Below are positions 14,401 to 29,400 of a stretch of 64,000 nt of DNA, piece by piece (positions within the stretch are counted from its first letter, which is position 1; each line of letters starts with the position of its first letter). The notes under the pieces are model-generated. The model made no database searches, was not told the DNA's origin, and saw only the letters and a program-made list of their open reading frames with translations. Source of the stretch: Mytilus edulis. Taxonomy: Eukaryota. The position numbers and the translations under genes were made by a program. Location of the stretch: the NCBI RefSeq assembly GCF_963676685.1, contig NC_092353.1:38502001-38566000 (forward strand), in the 5' to 3' direction.

Positions 14401-17400
14401 TAAAGACTCTCTGTGTCAATAAAGGATGTCAGACATTGAATAACAGTTTTTTTGAAAACAACTATTTTACAGGATTATAGTAAACTAGAAAGGTTTTAAA
14501 AAAGCTAATCGCAGTTGGATCTTAATTTGTCGGAATTATTCATACTAGACATCAACAAGCACTTGTATAAAAAAAAATCACATTTTTATTATCCTGAAAG
14601 TTAGGTTAAGGTTCATAGATATTTTTTTTCTGAGACAAGTTCCCATAAGTTCCATTTCTAAAAGATTGGATTTTATTACTAGATAAGCATTACATTACTA
14701 AAGGTGTTTTTTCTGTAAATAGATAAAATTTGACCTAAATGCAAATCTGCCTTAATGACAAAAAGCTTTCAGTTTCAGTCATGACTGGCAAATATGAAAT
14801 TCCCAGACTGTATTACATGTACATACTTAACTCTGAGATCCACTGGACATTGGCCACTTTATTTTCAGCCTAGAAAAAATATAAGAATATAGTTTCCAAA
14901 AAAGGATTAACTTTCTTAGCTTAATTAAGCTATCTATTTTGACGACTTATAAAGGTTTTTAATAAAAGATTTAAGTTATTGGTGGGTAATTTAAAATTCA
15001 AATCCTCAAGACAATATTAATACATGACTTAAGATACTGAAATGGTAAACAAAGCTAAACAGTCAAATTGAACTTATTTTGAGTTGATTTTAGTCACATT
15101 ATTTTCTGCAGATATTTTCTGGTTTTAAGAAATCTTCCAGTGATGAAAAGGATGCTGAATTACGATATGTGGATACTCATGATTGTTGTAAGTAGAATGG
15201 AATAGTTTGATTTCAGGTGGTACCTGACACTACAGGGAGATAACTCTGTAAAATCAGCTAAACGTTATAATTACATTGTGTTGTTAAGGGAATATTAAGC
15301 TTCTCAATGATCAAAATTAGTGTTTGTCAAACTGCTATATAACCAGTGTAATTTTTCTGATAAATTAGTTGGTTCAAATGTTTTGAAATTTTTGTAATTT
15401 TGTCAAAGGGTCAAAATTTTATGAAAATTAAACGAGCCAAATTAATTTTAGTGAAGGTGTTGGGTACCACCTTAAATGTAATTTAATATTTTAATAAATT
15501 ATGCCATGTGAACCATCATATAACTATTATATAAAAAAATTATTTTTTATTTTTTAGCAGAATGATTTCATAATCTGTCAGCAGCTTGACAGTGATGATT
15601 GTACATATCTGCATTTATAAGGTTTATCAAGTACCTATTTTTCCTGTTTTTTAGGTAAAGATTTCATGAAATGCGATCAAAACCTTATGGGACTGACTTG
15701 ATATCTTAATCTTCCAAGCCTAATCACTATCTTTTTTGAATCACATAATATATTGCATTGATCAAAACATTCTATACATGCTATCCATGAACATTTCACA
15801 AAATTTATGGATGTGATATATGCTCAGATACTCAGCACTTTTGTGGGAAAAATATTGTTTATTTAGGGAATCACTGAAGCATGACTGGATCTGGCCCTCC
15901 TTAAGTCGGTCAGTGGGGCCCCTCTTATGAAAAGTTCTGGATCCATCACTGTAGAATGAACAAGTTGGTCTTCATCCACTTTATTTGAACTTTGGTGGAT
16001 AATTGTCTCATTGGCATTGGTATCATATCTCCTTATTTTAATATTCAAAATTTTCATCACACATTTCTTCAAGACAACTGAAAAGAATAACTTTTTTTTT
16101 GGTCAGCAGCTTTATAATGATTTGTTGTAATGTTTGAGCAGATTAATGATCTATCAGACATAACTATCAAATTAAGGCTTGTATTATTGCCCTCTTAATT
16201 CTACCCTCCAAAATGAGTATTGCCAAACATGGTTGTGGATTATAGAGTAGGATAAGCAAGAAAAAAGTGAAAAACTCTATCATGTTCCTCTGCAGACTTT
16301 ACACGCCTGATTATCGTACTTCCAGTTTTCAATTTTTGATGGGGTGTAATTAACCGAAAAGTTCTCCTTTTTCCTTTACAGATGATCCTCTGACAGGTGG
16401 AGAAATAGCAGGTATAATTATATGTGTGCTACTGTTATTAGCTGTTTTTGGAATGGTTGGCTTCATGGTTCATAGGAGATGGGAGTAAGTATTTAAATAG
16501 AAGTTATAGCGTGCAAACATATGGTAAGTCATAGAGATCTAAAAACTATATCAGAGTCTAAGCCTCTATGATTACATTTTATATTTCAATAAAATTGAGA
16601 ATTGATATGTGTAATATGTCAAAGAGATAACAACCCTACAAAAAAAAAAGACAACAGCAGAAGTCCACCAAAAAGCTATCAGAAAGTTTTTTTGAGAATG
16701 TGTTAAATTGGAATGTAACAGTTAAAGGGACTTTAGCTGTCAAATTCATGTTCACTAATTTGACTTAAATTCTTATATTTGATTTATAACATCTTAAAAT
16801 GTACATCCAAATTACAATCAGTCTGACATAAACAGTTAACAATGCAGATATTCTATAAAATATATCAGAATTGTGTATAATTTTGTCTAGATGCCATCTA
16901 ATTAACTATAGAAATGACCTCTGAAGACTGCTTACTTTCACATAATCCAATATAAACAAAAACATAAATATAAATAGATAGCCACCTGATGCAATTTGAT
17001 TTTTCTAGGTCTCTTTGATTTCATGATTTAGGTTAAACACAAAAGTTAGTTATTTACCTGTATGAGAATGATTTTTTATGGATTGAGTCAGTCAATGAAA
17101 TGGTTCACCTTTGTCTCACTTTAAACTGAACACGACTTTTTATGCATAACCAATCTCTAGCTAAAGGTTTAAATTGAAGGTGATATGAATCTGGATTTAA
17201 TGAGGTTGAATTATTCACTTGCAAGCGAATAATTCAACAGTGATGTTTAATTGCTTTTCTGAAAGTGCTTAACAAAATGAACCCAGTTGGCTGCAAAATG
17301 CGAATTATTATTCAAATGTTTCACTTTTATCAATGATTGAACTAACAAAATCATTTATAAATTATTTTTTGCATATCTTGTAGCCAGTGCCCCTTTTAGA

Positions 17401-20400
17401 ATTATGCATTGTAAATGTGAATTGTCAGGACACTTTCAAATTTATCCAATTTCGATAGTTTTTTTTCCTATGGATTTCATATTATGGAAATTCTTATACC
17501 TCGCCTTGATTTTAACCTTAAAATTAACTTGAAAACTGTAAATTCAGAAATTATTGTGTGCATATTTAAAAATTGAACAAACAATTGAGATTAATAAAGG
17601 AAATTTCAGGAATATCTGCAATATTGAACAAACATGTGAGATTAATAAAGGCAATTTCAGGAAGATCTGCATACAGATATATGGCATTATTCACATTAAT
17701 AAGAAAACTGTAGATAATTTCTTTATAAACAGTATTTATTTGTTGATGCCACTTATTGTGTTTACATTGGTTAAATATGGAATATATGACAAGTCTGTAC
17801 TCTGTGACATTGAAAATTATTTACTTATACCAATAAATATGTTTTAGATGTGTAAAAGAGTATCTGCCTGAATTTGGAAGACGACAATCATCAGGAGAAT
17901 TTGAACCTTTGCAACCACCGCCAGAAAGGTACAGGTAACTACTTTACTCCAATATTTATTCAAGATAAATTTTATACAAGCAAATGCAGCAATTTTCCTA
18001 TAGACAACAATATAATTTAATTAGGGGTGAACAAAATTTATCCTTAAGATTGACTGGCTGTATTAGCCAGAGTTAATTGTAATTAATTTAATTCAAGCCC
18101 TTCAAATGGCAAGTCGCCCTATAGTGAGCAGTCTGTCCGTCTATAACAAATTGTGTCTGCTCTATATCTAGAGCTACGTTATAATTTCATACTCGATACT
18201 TGACATGTATATCAACTAACACCTGTGGGGGTGTCATAATGTATTTATAACTTCAAAGGTCAAGGTCAAAAACTTTTTTTTTTTGGTTTCAGTTGACAAC
18301 CCCATGTCCTATGGTTATGATCTTGTTTACTCTACATCCTAACTTCATACTTTATACTTGACATGTATATCAACCAACACCAAAGTGTGTGTCATAATGT
18401 ATGTACAACTTCAAAGGTCACGGGTAAAACCTTTGGTTTGAATTGACAACCACATGTCCTATGGCCCATAGGCTATGGGTAAGATACAATTTGTAATTCA
18501 CAGTGAAGCCCACAGAGATGGCTCCCATCTCAATGATGTGTAGTTGGTATCTGTTATCTGTTTGTTGCATATATTTACATTATGTATAGGGTGGAGGTAT
18601 GGTGGTATCTTGCATTCTTGTGAAAATGTTTATTTTGTTTTAAATGTAATTTTGAGATCTTCTTTTTTTAAATGATTGCAATAGCATCAGTTATATCCCT
18701 ATACATGTGCAACCCTCAAGTCTATAAAGTTAAACAAAACAAATATCCTTTTGTCTAGCCTGTGACATTTAGTTTGTGAAAGCGACACATTGCAGTCCTT
18801 GATTCTGTTGTTGGAGGTGTCATTATCATTTAGGTTCAGTCTGTGGTTAAAGTTTGTTTTTTAGACATCAAGTACTTTGGTTAAAACTTTATGGAATTAT
18901 ATGAAATTTATTACCAAAGACCTGAGAAAATCCTGAGCCAAATTCAAAAATGTGTATTTCTGTTTGTTGGTATTTTAATGATAAATTGACTTCAGGTCAA
19001 GTTGCTTTGTCACAGTTTTGGAAAAAAAATGCACACAACTTTGGATCAGTTGAACTGAAAATATGACTAAATTAATTTATCTCTTTTAGTGCTGATTAAA
19101 TTCTTTCAAAATTAGTGAACAATTGCATAGAAAGCACACAAAATGAGTGAAATTTATGACTGAGAGAGTTATGTGTTATCAATGCCTCCTAGTTCTCAAT
19201 CTTCATGGATTGTTATGAAATTTGTACAGAAGCTATTCTGTCACCATTACACTTTTACACTGCCTGTAGAAATTGTAGGAGAGATGCAGTATTTGGTGGA
19301 ACCCTTCATTTGTTTTTAAACATTTGAATAGGTTTTAGAAGAGAAAGACGGAAATATTTTTTGTCACAGTGTTTTCACACAATAATTTTAGATTCATGTT
19401 TTAGTCATGCCCCATTAAAAGTAAGGTCAAGAGTACGAAAAAGGTGAGAACATTTAAAATTGATTCAAAATTTCTACTTTAATTTTAACATTATTCACTG
19501 TTAACAAACACTGTTTAACAAATCTGAAAATCTGAAAATTTAGTTACAGATGATAACTTTTGAACCCTTTTTATAGGTTGAATAACGAGAGTATGAAAAG
19601 GCATGTATCAATCTATTCTCTTTTGTGCTACATAAGCTTTATTTATACACCAGAATTTGTTGATATCATACTTGTTTTTCTGAAATTATATTGCTTGTTG
19701 GATTATTTTCTTTTTTTTAAACCTTTTCTATTCTAATGAGTGACAATTTTCAAAAATCCTGACAGGATATCTTTCTATTAATGTGACTTCAAATGTACTT
19801 AATTTTTCTGGCACCCCACATCTGACATAGGAATAATTGCATGATTCTTTAGTCCAGATATGCTAACTGGAGGTTCAAATTTGAGGGGTTTAATCAGTTT
19901 TACTACGCACAAAATTTCCCCATAATATGAGTTAGTGTTTAATTGGACAATACCCACGAATAGTATATTTAGCTTTCAAAGACATCCAGAAATTTCTTGA
20001 TCATACATGTATTTTTAATCTATTATGTCCCTTATTTTGGGATTTTGATTATTAGAAGTGACTTTAAAAGATAGGAACTCCTTTTCTTAGGGTGGGTTGG
20101 CATGGGGTCGGGTAGGGGGCTGAAATGGTTCCAAAGGTAATTTATTGTGTTGGTTTTGGTTCTTGAAGCACTGTTTTCTAATCAGGAAGCCAAGACTAAT
20201 TTATTTCATCTTCTATTTGCCCTCTGATCTCTATGTAATTGTATACATGCTACGTTTCTGTCTTAATTACTTATCACATTTAACCCAAATAATTCAGTCC
20301 CTCCCTGTGATCAACTCTCCCACTTGGGAGGGTTCTGAACTCTTTATACAATAAAAACCTGTCACAAATCTAAGATTTTGATAGGTGCTCTCAATATGAA

Positions 20401-23400
20401 AGAGCTGATAGCTCAATGTTACCAAGATTTTGAGCTTATTTAAGTATTGATGCAGCAATTGTAGAGCAGAGGAATATAAACTACTGAATTATTTGGGTTA
20501 TACAGCAGTTGATATCTTCTGGGTGCAAATTTTAGTAAGATAAATTTAGCAGTAAAAGGAATACAAAATTGAGACAAAAATTGCAAAAGGATATGAGTAC
20601 ATGTACAAGCAAACTTACATTTATTGTTAAAGTTTATATTTTTGTACATATTTGTTGGCAGATTTAGTTGATTATTCTTACCCCTGCATGCATACACCAG
20701 GAACTTTACTGCTATGCAGCCTTTATTAACTGTTATAATTTTGCAGTGCAATTTAAACAAAAACAAAAACACTAAATGGGTGCATTTTTTGGGGTAAAAT
20801 TGTAATATTGTGCAATTATCCAGTTGTTATAGTCAATATATATTCTCTGACTATATTCAATGGCTTGCAGGGTGCAATCTATTCTAAATCTCTAAATCCT
20901 TTTGTGGACTTTGGTATCTATGTCTGTGTTATTTGAAATTGCATGTTGTTTATGTTTGACTCAAAGTTATAGTCATACAGAAATATAATTTGGTATGTGC
21001 TTTGTGCAGGTGGTTCTTCTAAAGATTTACCATCTTCCAGAATACAAAGTTCTTGTACATTGACAAATATTCATGGTTGTCGTTGAAATAGTGTATTATG
21101 TTCTTTAGATTTTTCATTTGTGTTCACATTGCAGATTCTACAATAATATAACTTGTGGTCAATTTGCATTTATGGAGCAAAGCAGCTTCTTCATTTAAGA
21201 ATCCTAATCTAACCTTATTTATGTAACACTTCATTGACATGGACACAGTTTACATTTGAGTTTTTGAAATAACCTACATTTAAGCAGGCTTATCAAGCAG
21301 TATCTGTGTATACATCTTTAACAATTTGATAAAGCACTGTGTTTTAGAAGGCCCTAGAAAAGCTGGTGATTCTTATCTTGCATGTGTACACATGGCATTA
21401 TTGTCAGAAATTTATCTCTGGCATATGTCAGGTATCCTTGATCTCATTTTCAGATTCAAATTCTGTTTTCAGGAGGAACAAAAATTGGCTTATGCAAATT
21501 TACAGATCTAATAATATTTTTAGCCTAAATTTGAGACCTTTAAGTAAATACTGATCAACCCCTGTCCTAAATTCAACCCAATTCTTTATCCACCAGTACT
21601 CATCCTTAATTCTACCCAATTCTTGATCCATACACGGTCCTTCAATGATCCATAATTCACTGACACTGTTGTTTAAATGGAAACACATGTTGATAAAGAT
21701 TTTTTGTTTATTTCGGTGGTGATTTAATATATCATAGGAAAAATATAATTAAAAAGATGAATTTTAATTAAAAAACTAACAAAATATTAAGTTTCAATTT
21801 TAGTATATAATGTTCTTGACTGAAGTGCATTATCTTGTGAAATTTAAAGTCTCGCTTCCTCTTTAGTACATGTATAACACACATGTACTTCACTTTCAGT
21901 GATGAGTCATATACTAGTATTTCCTCAATTTAGAATATTTTTGAATTAATAACTCTGAAATTGATAAAACAAGGAAAGTTTTATAATCAGAATTTGGTAG
22001 ATAAATAATGTTAGGGATGGTGTGGAAAAACTTGATTATTTTTTCACCATTTTGTAATGCAAAAGGGAGATTTAATTGATTTATACAGCTATAGTTATTA
22101 TGAAAAAAACAGGTAATATTTAAATATTTTTATTCAAAGACAAAAAACTTTGATTTTGGAATATGAATATGACTTATTAGGTAATCTATGGCATGTCACC
22201 TTGCTTTTTGTGAAAATTTGACTTCTACTGTATTTTGGTGTTCTTGTGGTAGGAATGTTGAGGTCATTGGTTTTATTACCCCTGTGCAAAACCAAGACTT
22301 AAAGATTGGTATGCACTGCTTCCTCTTTATTGAAGTACACCCAATTTAGGAGTGACAGTCAAAACTGGTTGGCCCAGTGTCAGAATAAAGTGTCTTGGTA
22401 AGGTTACATGTCTTCCTGCACGCTGTTACTTGGTGAGCTAGTGTGTAGGAAATTTAGCTCAGATAGTCAGTCTAAGAAGATTAAACCGGACTTGGTTAAG
22501 GTTTAATCATTAAGGAATGAACCATTTAAGCTTCTTATATTTTGGGTAACGATTGCGTTGTGGGGGGGACCAACTGCGATAAGAGGGGGCCCATTACAGT
22601 TATGTCTTTATATCCTATCATTTCCAGAAGTTTATCAATGAAATTATATAATCAGATATATTCATGTTACAGAGTTACTGGTATACTTGACACTAATACT
22701 ACATAATTTGTGCATTAGGTGCAAGCACCTTGATTCTTTTCACATCATGAGTGCATTTGGGCACTTGATGTTCTAGATTTTAACAGGTATTTTTAGATTT
22801 AAAATTTGTCTTTTGGCAGATAGAAAAGTTTGCTTCAGAAACGCATGCATCTGCTGCCTTTGTTTCTTTTGTTTAATGCATGGTTTATGATAAATTTTCC
22901 TTAACCATTATCCATTGTTTTGTATGAGAAATAATTATGATGAAATATTGCTTAAACATAACTTTCACTACAATGACTACCTGAGTTGTGGCCCTTGAAA
23001 ATGATAAGAAAAAATAAATGCTGAACTTTATTTAATAAAAAGGACTTAATTTTCAGGTTTAAGATTTAGTCCTGCAGGTTGAATGGTTATGTGATATACA
23101 GTTAACATGTGACTTAAATGAAAACCCTAGATATTTTAAGACATTACTTAGGCCAAATAGAATAATAAGTTAGGTTCTTGTTACATTGTTGGAAACATTG
23201 GATAGGTTAGTAATGGTTTTTTATGATTTTTTTATATGGATTTAATTCACTGATTAGGTCATCAATATTTGCTTTATAATTTTTTAATTGTTTTTAATTT
23301 TTTTTTCAGACCTATTGTATTGAGTGCCATCGGTGACTTCTTGAGAAAGTACCATGCAGATGACAATAGACTCTTCATTGGAGAGTATGAGGTAAGTCAA

Positions 23401-26400
23401 ATTATTTTTATATATTTTTTTTTAAAGTACTGTAATTTATTGTGATATTTTTATTAATGTGAAAAATGCAACAATACTGAGTTCTCAATTATAAAACCTC
23501 ACACTTATAATTTCAGTACTTATTTTCCTTTCAAGTTGTATTACAAGTGAATAAGGAATGAACAAAAGTTACACGGTATCAGTTAAGCGCTGAAACAGGT
23601 ATATACGCTCTAGAAAGGTTATTTCCCATCTACAAACATAAGAAGGTACAAGACTTAAGACTGTAAATTTTCTTAAGTTTGTTGAATGTATTCTATTATA
23701 ATTGAAAGTAAGATATCATTGCATAAATTGAACTGAGGTCTTTATCTTACAGGATTTGAAGCAGTTGAGTCCAAGACACACAACAAATTCTGCTAACCTT
23801 GACGAAAACAAGCCAAAGAATAGATACACCAATATATTACCTTGTAAGTATTTCTCAAGGACTATAAATATAATGGCCTCTGCATGATAGGATTCCTTCT
23901 TGAAAATTAGGTATGCAGTTTTCTGGAATGAAAAAAAACACCAAAATTTGAAATTATAGTTCCAGGAAACCTTGTTTTAAAATAATTAACTCTTTTCACA
24001 TACTGTGGATTAATTTATTTTGTGGGTACCAATTTTCGTGGTTTGAGGAAAACTTGATTTTGTTGTTTTGACAAAGTCTGCATATATTCCTTTTGAAAAT
24101 TTGTAATTCCCTTGTACCCATAAAATAATACATGAAAATTGGTATTCAACAAATATTGATGAATCCACAATAGATATGACAATGGTGAAAAAGAGTAAAT
24201 GATGATTATTATGAATACAATTTTTGTATTAGTCAAGCAGTTTATGTATACTTATATTTTCAGATGACCACAGCAGGGTAATCTTAGCTCCAATGGTAGA
24301 CGAGGAAGATTCGTCAGATTATATTAATGCTAATTATATACCTGTAAGTTAAGTACATATTTAAATTTATAAAGTTTTTTGGTCTGTGCATCCATTCTTT
24401 CTTCCGTCCGTCCCACTTCATGTAAATGTTTCCAGTCAAGGTAGTTTTTGATGAAGTTGAAGTTCAATCAACTTGAAACTTAGTACACATGTTTGTTCCC
24501 TATGATATAATCATTATAATTTTAATGCCAAATTAGAGTTTTTACCCCAGTTTCGCAGTCCACTGAACATAGAAAATGATAGTGCTAGTGGGGCATCCAT
24601 GTACAAGGGACATATTCTTGTTATACGACCGCAAAAATTTTTAATTTTTGGTCGTATATTGCTATCACGTTGGCGTCGTCGTCCTGCGTCGTCGGCGTCG
24701 TCGTCCTGCGTCGTCGTCGGCGTCGTCCGAATACTTTTAGTTTTTGCACTCTAACTTTAGTAAAAGTGAATAGAAATCTATGAAATTTTAACACAAGGTT
24801 TATAACCACAAAAGGAAGGTTGGGATTGATTTTGGGAGTTTTGGTCCCAAAATTTTCGGAATTAGGGGCCAAAAAGGGCCCAAATAAGCATTTTCTTGGT
24901 TTTCGCACTATAACTTTAGTTTAAGTAAATAGAAATCTATGAAATTTTGACACAAGGTTTATGACCACAAAAGGAAGGTTGGGATTGATTTTGGGAGTTT
25001 TAGTTCAAACAGTTTAGGAATTAGGGGCCAAAAAAGGGCCCAAATATGCATTATTCTTGGTTTTCGCACAATAACTTTAGTATAAGTGAATAGAAATCAA
25101 TGAAATTTAAACACAAGGTTTATGAACACAAAAGGAAGGTTGGGATTGGTTTTGGGAGTTAAGGTCTGAACAGTTTAGGAATTAGGGGCCAAAAAGGGGC
25201 CCAAGTAAGCATTATTCTTGGTTTTCGTACCATAACTTTAGTATTAGTAAATAGAAATCTTTGAAATTTAAACACAAGGTTTATGACCATAAAAGGAAGG
25301 TTGGGTTTGATTTTGGGAGTTTTGGTCCCAACAGGTTTTTAGGAATAAAGGGCCCAAAGGGTCCAAAATTGAACTTTGTTTGATTTCATCAAAAATTGAG
25401 TAATTGAGTTTCTTCGATATGCCGGATCTAACTGTGTATGTAGATTCTTAATTTTTGGTCCCGTTTTCAAATTGGTCTACATTAAGGTCCAAAGGGTCCA
25501 AAATTAAACTTAGTTTGATTTTAACAAAAATTGAATCCTTGGGGTTCTTTGATATGCTGAATTTAAAAATGTACTTAGATTTTTAACCGGATTTTTGTGA
25601 CAAAAATGTCGGTTATTGATTTGGGGATGTACGGCGGGCGGGCGGTCGGTCGGGCGGTCGGTCGGGCGGGCGGGCGGGAATCAAATGTTGTCCGTGCATT
25701 AACTCATGAACCGTTCAACCAAAGCTTTTAAAATTTTAATATGTTGTTACTGACAACTAAATGAAGGTCAAGTTCAATAATGGCGATTTTGACTTTTACC
25801 GTTCAGGAGTTATGGTTCTTGAAAGATTGAAAAATGGAGTTTACAGTATTGTCCATGCATTTACGCATGAACTGTTCTACCTAAGCTTCCCAAATTTTAA
25901 TATGTTGTTACTGATGACAAAATGGAGGTTAAATTCAATAATGGCGATTTTGACTTTTACCGTTCAGGAGTTATGGTTCTTGATAGATTGAAAAATGGAG
26001 TTTCTAGTCGTGTCCGTGCATTTACGCATGAACTGTTCTACCTAAGCTTCCCAAATTTTAATATGTTGTTACTGATGACAAAATGGAGGTCAAGTTCAAT
26101 AATGACGATTTTGACTTTTACCGTTCAGGAGTTATGGTTCTTGAAAGATTGAAAAATGGTGTTTCCAGTCGTGTCCGTGCATTTTCTCATGAACCATTCA
26201 ACCAAAGCTTTTGAAATTTTTATATGTTGTTACTGATGGCAAATTAAAAGTCAAGTTCAATTATGACGATTTTGACTTTTACTGTTCAGGAGTTATGGTT
26301 CTTGAAAGATTGTGAAATGGCGTTTCCATTCACGTTGTTGCATTTACTCATGAACCATTCAATCTAAGCTTTTCAAATTTTAAGATGTTGATACTGATGA

Positions 26401-29400
26401 CAAAATGGAGGTCAAATTTGATATTGACGATTTTCACTTTCACCATTCATCAGTAATGGTTCTTGTGATATTGCCAGGACACAAATAAATATTAATAAAT
26501 CCGGTTTGCTGTCATTGTGACAGCCTCTTGTTGATTATTGGCCCAGTTTTCAAGTTGGTCCAAATCGGGGTTCAAAATTAAACTTTGTTTGATTTCATAA
26601 AAAATTGAATAATTGGGGTTCTTTGATATGCCAAATCTAACTGTGTATGTAGATTCTTAATTTTTAGTCCCGTTTTCAAATTGGTCTACATTAAATACCA
26701 AAGGGTCCAAAATTAAACTAAGTTTGATTTTAATAAAAATTGAATTCTTTGGCTTTTTTGATATGCTGAATTTAATCATGTACTTAGATTTTTGATTATG
26801 GGCCCAGTTTTCAAGTTGGTTCACATCAGGATCCGAAATTATTATATTAAGTATTGTGCAATAGCAAGAAATCTTCAATTGCACAGTATTCAGCAATAGC
26901 AAGAAATCTTCAATTGCACAGTATTGTGCAATAGCAAGAAATTTTCAATTGCACAGTATTACGCAATAGCAAGAAATCTTCAATTGCACAGTATTGTGCA
27001 ATAGCAAATATTTTCAATTGCACAGTATTGCGCAATAGCAAGAAATATCTAATTGCACAATATTGTGCAATAGCAAGAAATTTTCAATTGATTGGAGTTA
27101 TCTTCCTTTGTCCAGAATAGTAGTTGAATCAACTTAAATCATTGTTTTATACAATACACAATGTATATTCACTTTTACTACCAACTGATAAATTAAAACA
27201 ATCTTTACTATTCAATGATAACAAAGGGAAAGGGGGATGTGAGAAAAAAAAGGGGGGGGGGGTTAAACTTTTCTCATTTCAGATTTCATAAATAAAAAGA
27301 AAATTTCTTCAAACATTTTTTTGAGAGGATTGATATTCAACAGCATAGTGAATTGCTCAAAGGAAAAAAAAGTATTTTAAGTTCATTAGACCACATTCAT
27401 TCTGTGTCAGAAACCTATGCTGTGTCAACTATTTAATCACAATCCAAATTTAGAGCTGAATCAAGCTTGAATGTTGTGTCCATACTTGCCCCAACCGTTC
27501 AGGGTTCAACCTCTGCGGTCGTATAAAGCTGCGCCCTGTGAAGCATCTGGTTTTATATTTATACCCCCGCTTTAAAAAAGGGGGGGGGGTATACTGTTTT
27601 ACCTCTGTCACTCCGTCAGTCCGTCAGTCAGGCCGTCTGTCCCATGAATATATTTTGTCGCATTTTTCTCCGGACCTACAATACAAGGATTTCTGAAATT
27701 TGGTTTCAGGGTTTATCTAAGTCAGCTATACCGTGTGATGCGTTTTCAGATTGATCACTTGACAACTTCCTGCTTACCGAACACTTGTAGGATTTTACAC
27801 ATGATAGCCAAGTTGAAAATTTTCGTCACATTTTTCTCAGGAACTACAATACAAGGATTTCTGAAATTTGGTTTCAGGATTTATATAAGTCAGCTATACC
27901 GTGTGATGCATTTTCAGATTCATCACTGGACAACTTCCTGTTAACCGAACACTTGCATATTTTTACACTATTAATATTATCCACTTGCGGCTTGGATATC
28001 ATCAGTGAGCAATAGCTCGCAGTTTCATGTTTTGTTTTTTCGAAGTGTTATTGATGTGCTTTTTTTTAAATATACTTTCCTTTAGTTGTCTTGTCTGTTT
28101 AGAAAGCTACAGAATAAATGAAATGTTTGGAGCTTATAGTTTAACAGCATAAACTGTTTGTATAAAGCCTTATAAAAACAACTAGGACAACTATATGTAA
28201 TACGGCCTTTAACAATGAGCAAAATCCATAATGTGTAATATAAGCTATAAAAAGTAACAAAATGTAAAACTATTGAAAGGAAAACAAAATGTGAAATTTT
28301 CAAAAGAAACAAAATGGGAAATTATTTAAAAGGCTTCAGCTGGCCCCTGAACAAAAATGTGTTCTAGTTCAGTGAAAAGGGACATCACACTAAACTCTGA
28401 AACATATAAATAAAAAAAACAACATACAAGAGTTGTAGTAAATTCTGAAACTATCTTTTGAAATTTCATACCTAAATTGTTACTTAACATAAGAATATTT
28501 TTTTTGTAGGGCTATACCTATGGTAAGGAGTTTATAGCTAGCCAGGGACCATTACCAGGTACAGCTAATGATTTTTGGAGGATGATCTGGGAACAAAGTG
28601 TGTCCATCATAGTCATGTTAACAAAGTGTAGTGAAAATAACATGGTAGGTATCATAATAGTAGTTCTAAGAGGAAGAAATATTCTCTAATATGTTACCAC
28701 TGGGACGAATATTACAATATTTGTTCTTAACAAAATAAAGGGTATAGATTATCATTGTTCCAGCAGGAACTGATATTAGGACATTATTTATAATTGTGTT
28801 TCCTGGATTGTTGTTAGACGGAACACATATACATTGTAATAATTTTTAGTATCCAGTTGTATAAGTGATGTTGAACAGATGTAGTTTCCATCTTATTCTG
28901 GTTAGATTACAATTGGCAAAATTTTTGAATTGATAAAGTAGGAGGTAAAAAAAAGGAAATCTCTTCTCTAGGCATATAACCTTTGAGCAAGGTCAAAATT
29001 TCTCTCTTTGACAACAAAATCATGCTTTAGGACAATTTTATTAGTCTAGCAGTTTCAAATTTGAACGTTTTACAAAATAAAAATATGTCACATAAAGCAT
29101 GGTATTAATGTCTGAATGTGGAGGAGTTTTATCACCAATGACATTTTCTTATTTTTTGACGCGTGTTACAGGTAAATTCTAATAATAAAAATGTATAATT
29201 TATTTTTCAGGATAAATGTGAACATTACTGGCCACATGCAGCCAATGAACCAAAGTGTTACAACGATCTTATGGTCAATGTTACCTCTGTATCAAACATG
29301 GGAAAATATGATATTCATATCATGGATGTTTGTCTGGTAAGTGGAATTAGTTTTTTTTTTTTTTTTAAATATGGTACTAGAATCATGGCAATCATGTCTG

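Larger units (their letters stand above)
24621..27552 (+). mobile_element. Large HINE (family B) with (CGT)n microsatellite, ~160-bp and 35-bp internal arrays
   Basis: Subterminal IR TTATACGACCGCA / TGCGGTCGTATAA, 5' microsatellite, 3' GC-rich hairpin then TT. Confidence 0.85.

Noticed and set aside
25761-26152. Two near-identical 76-aa ORFs
   Set aside because: They are successive 161-bp repeat units inside a HINE.
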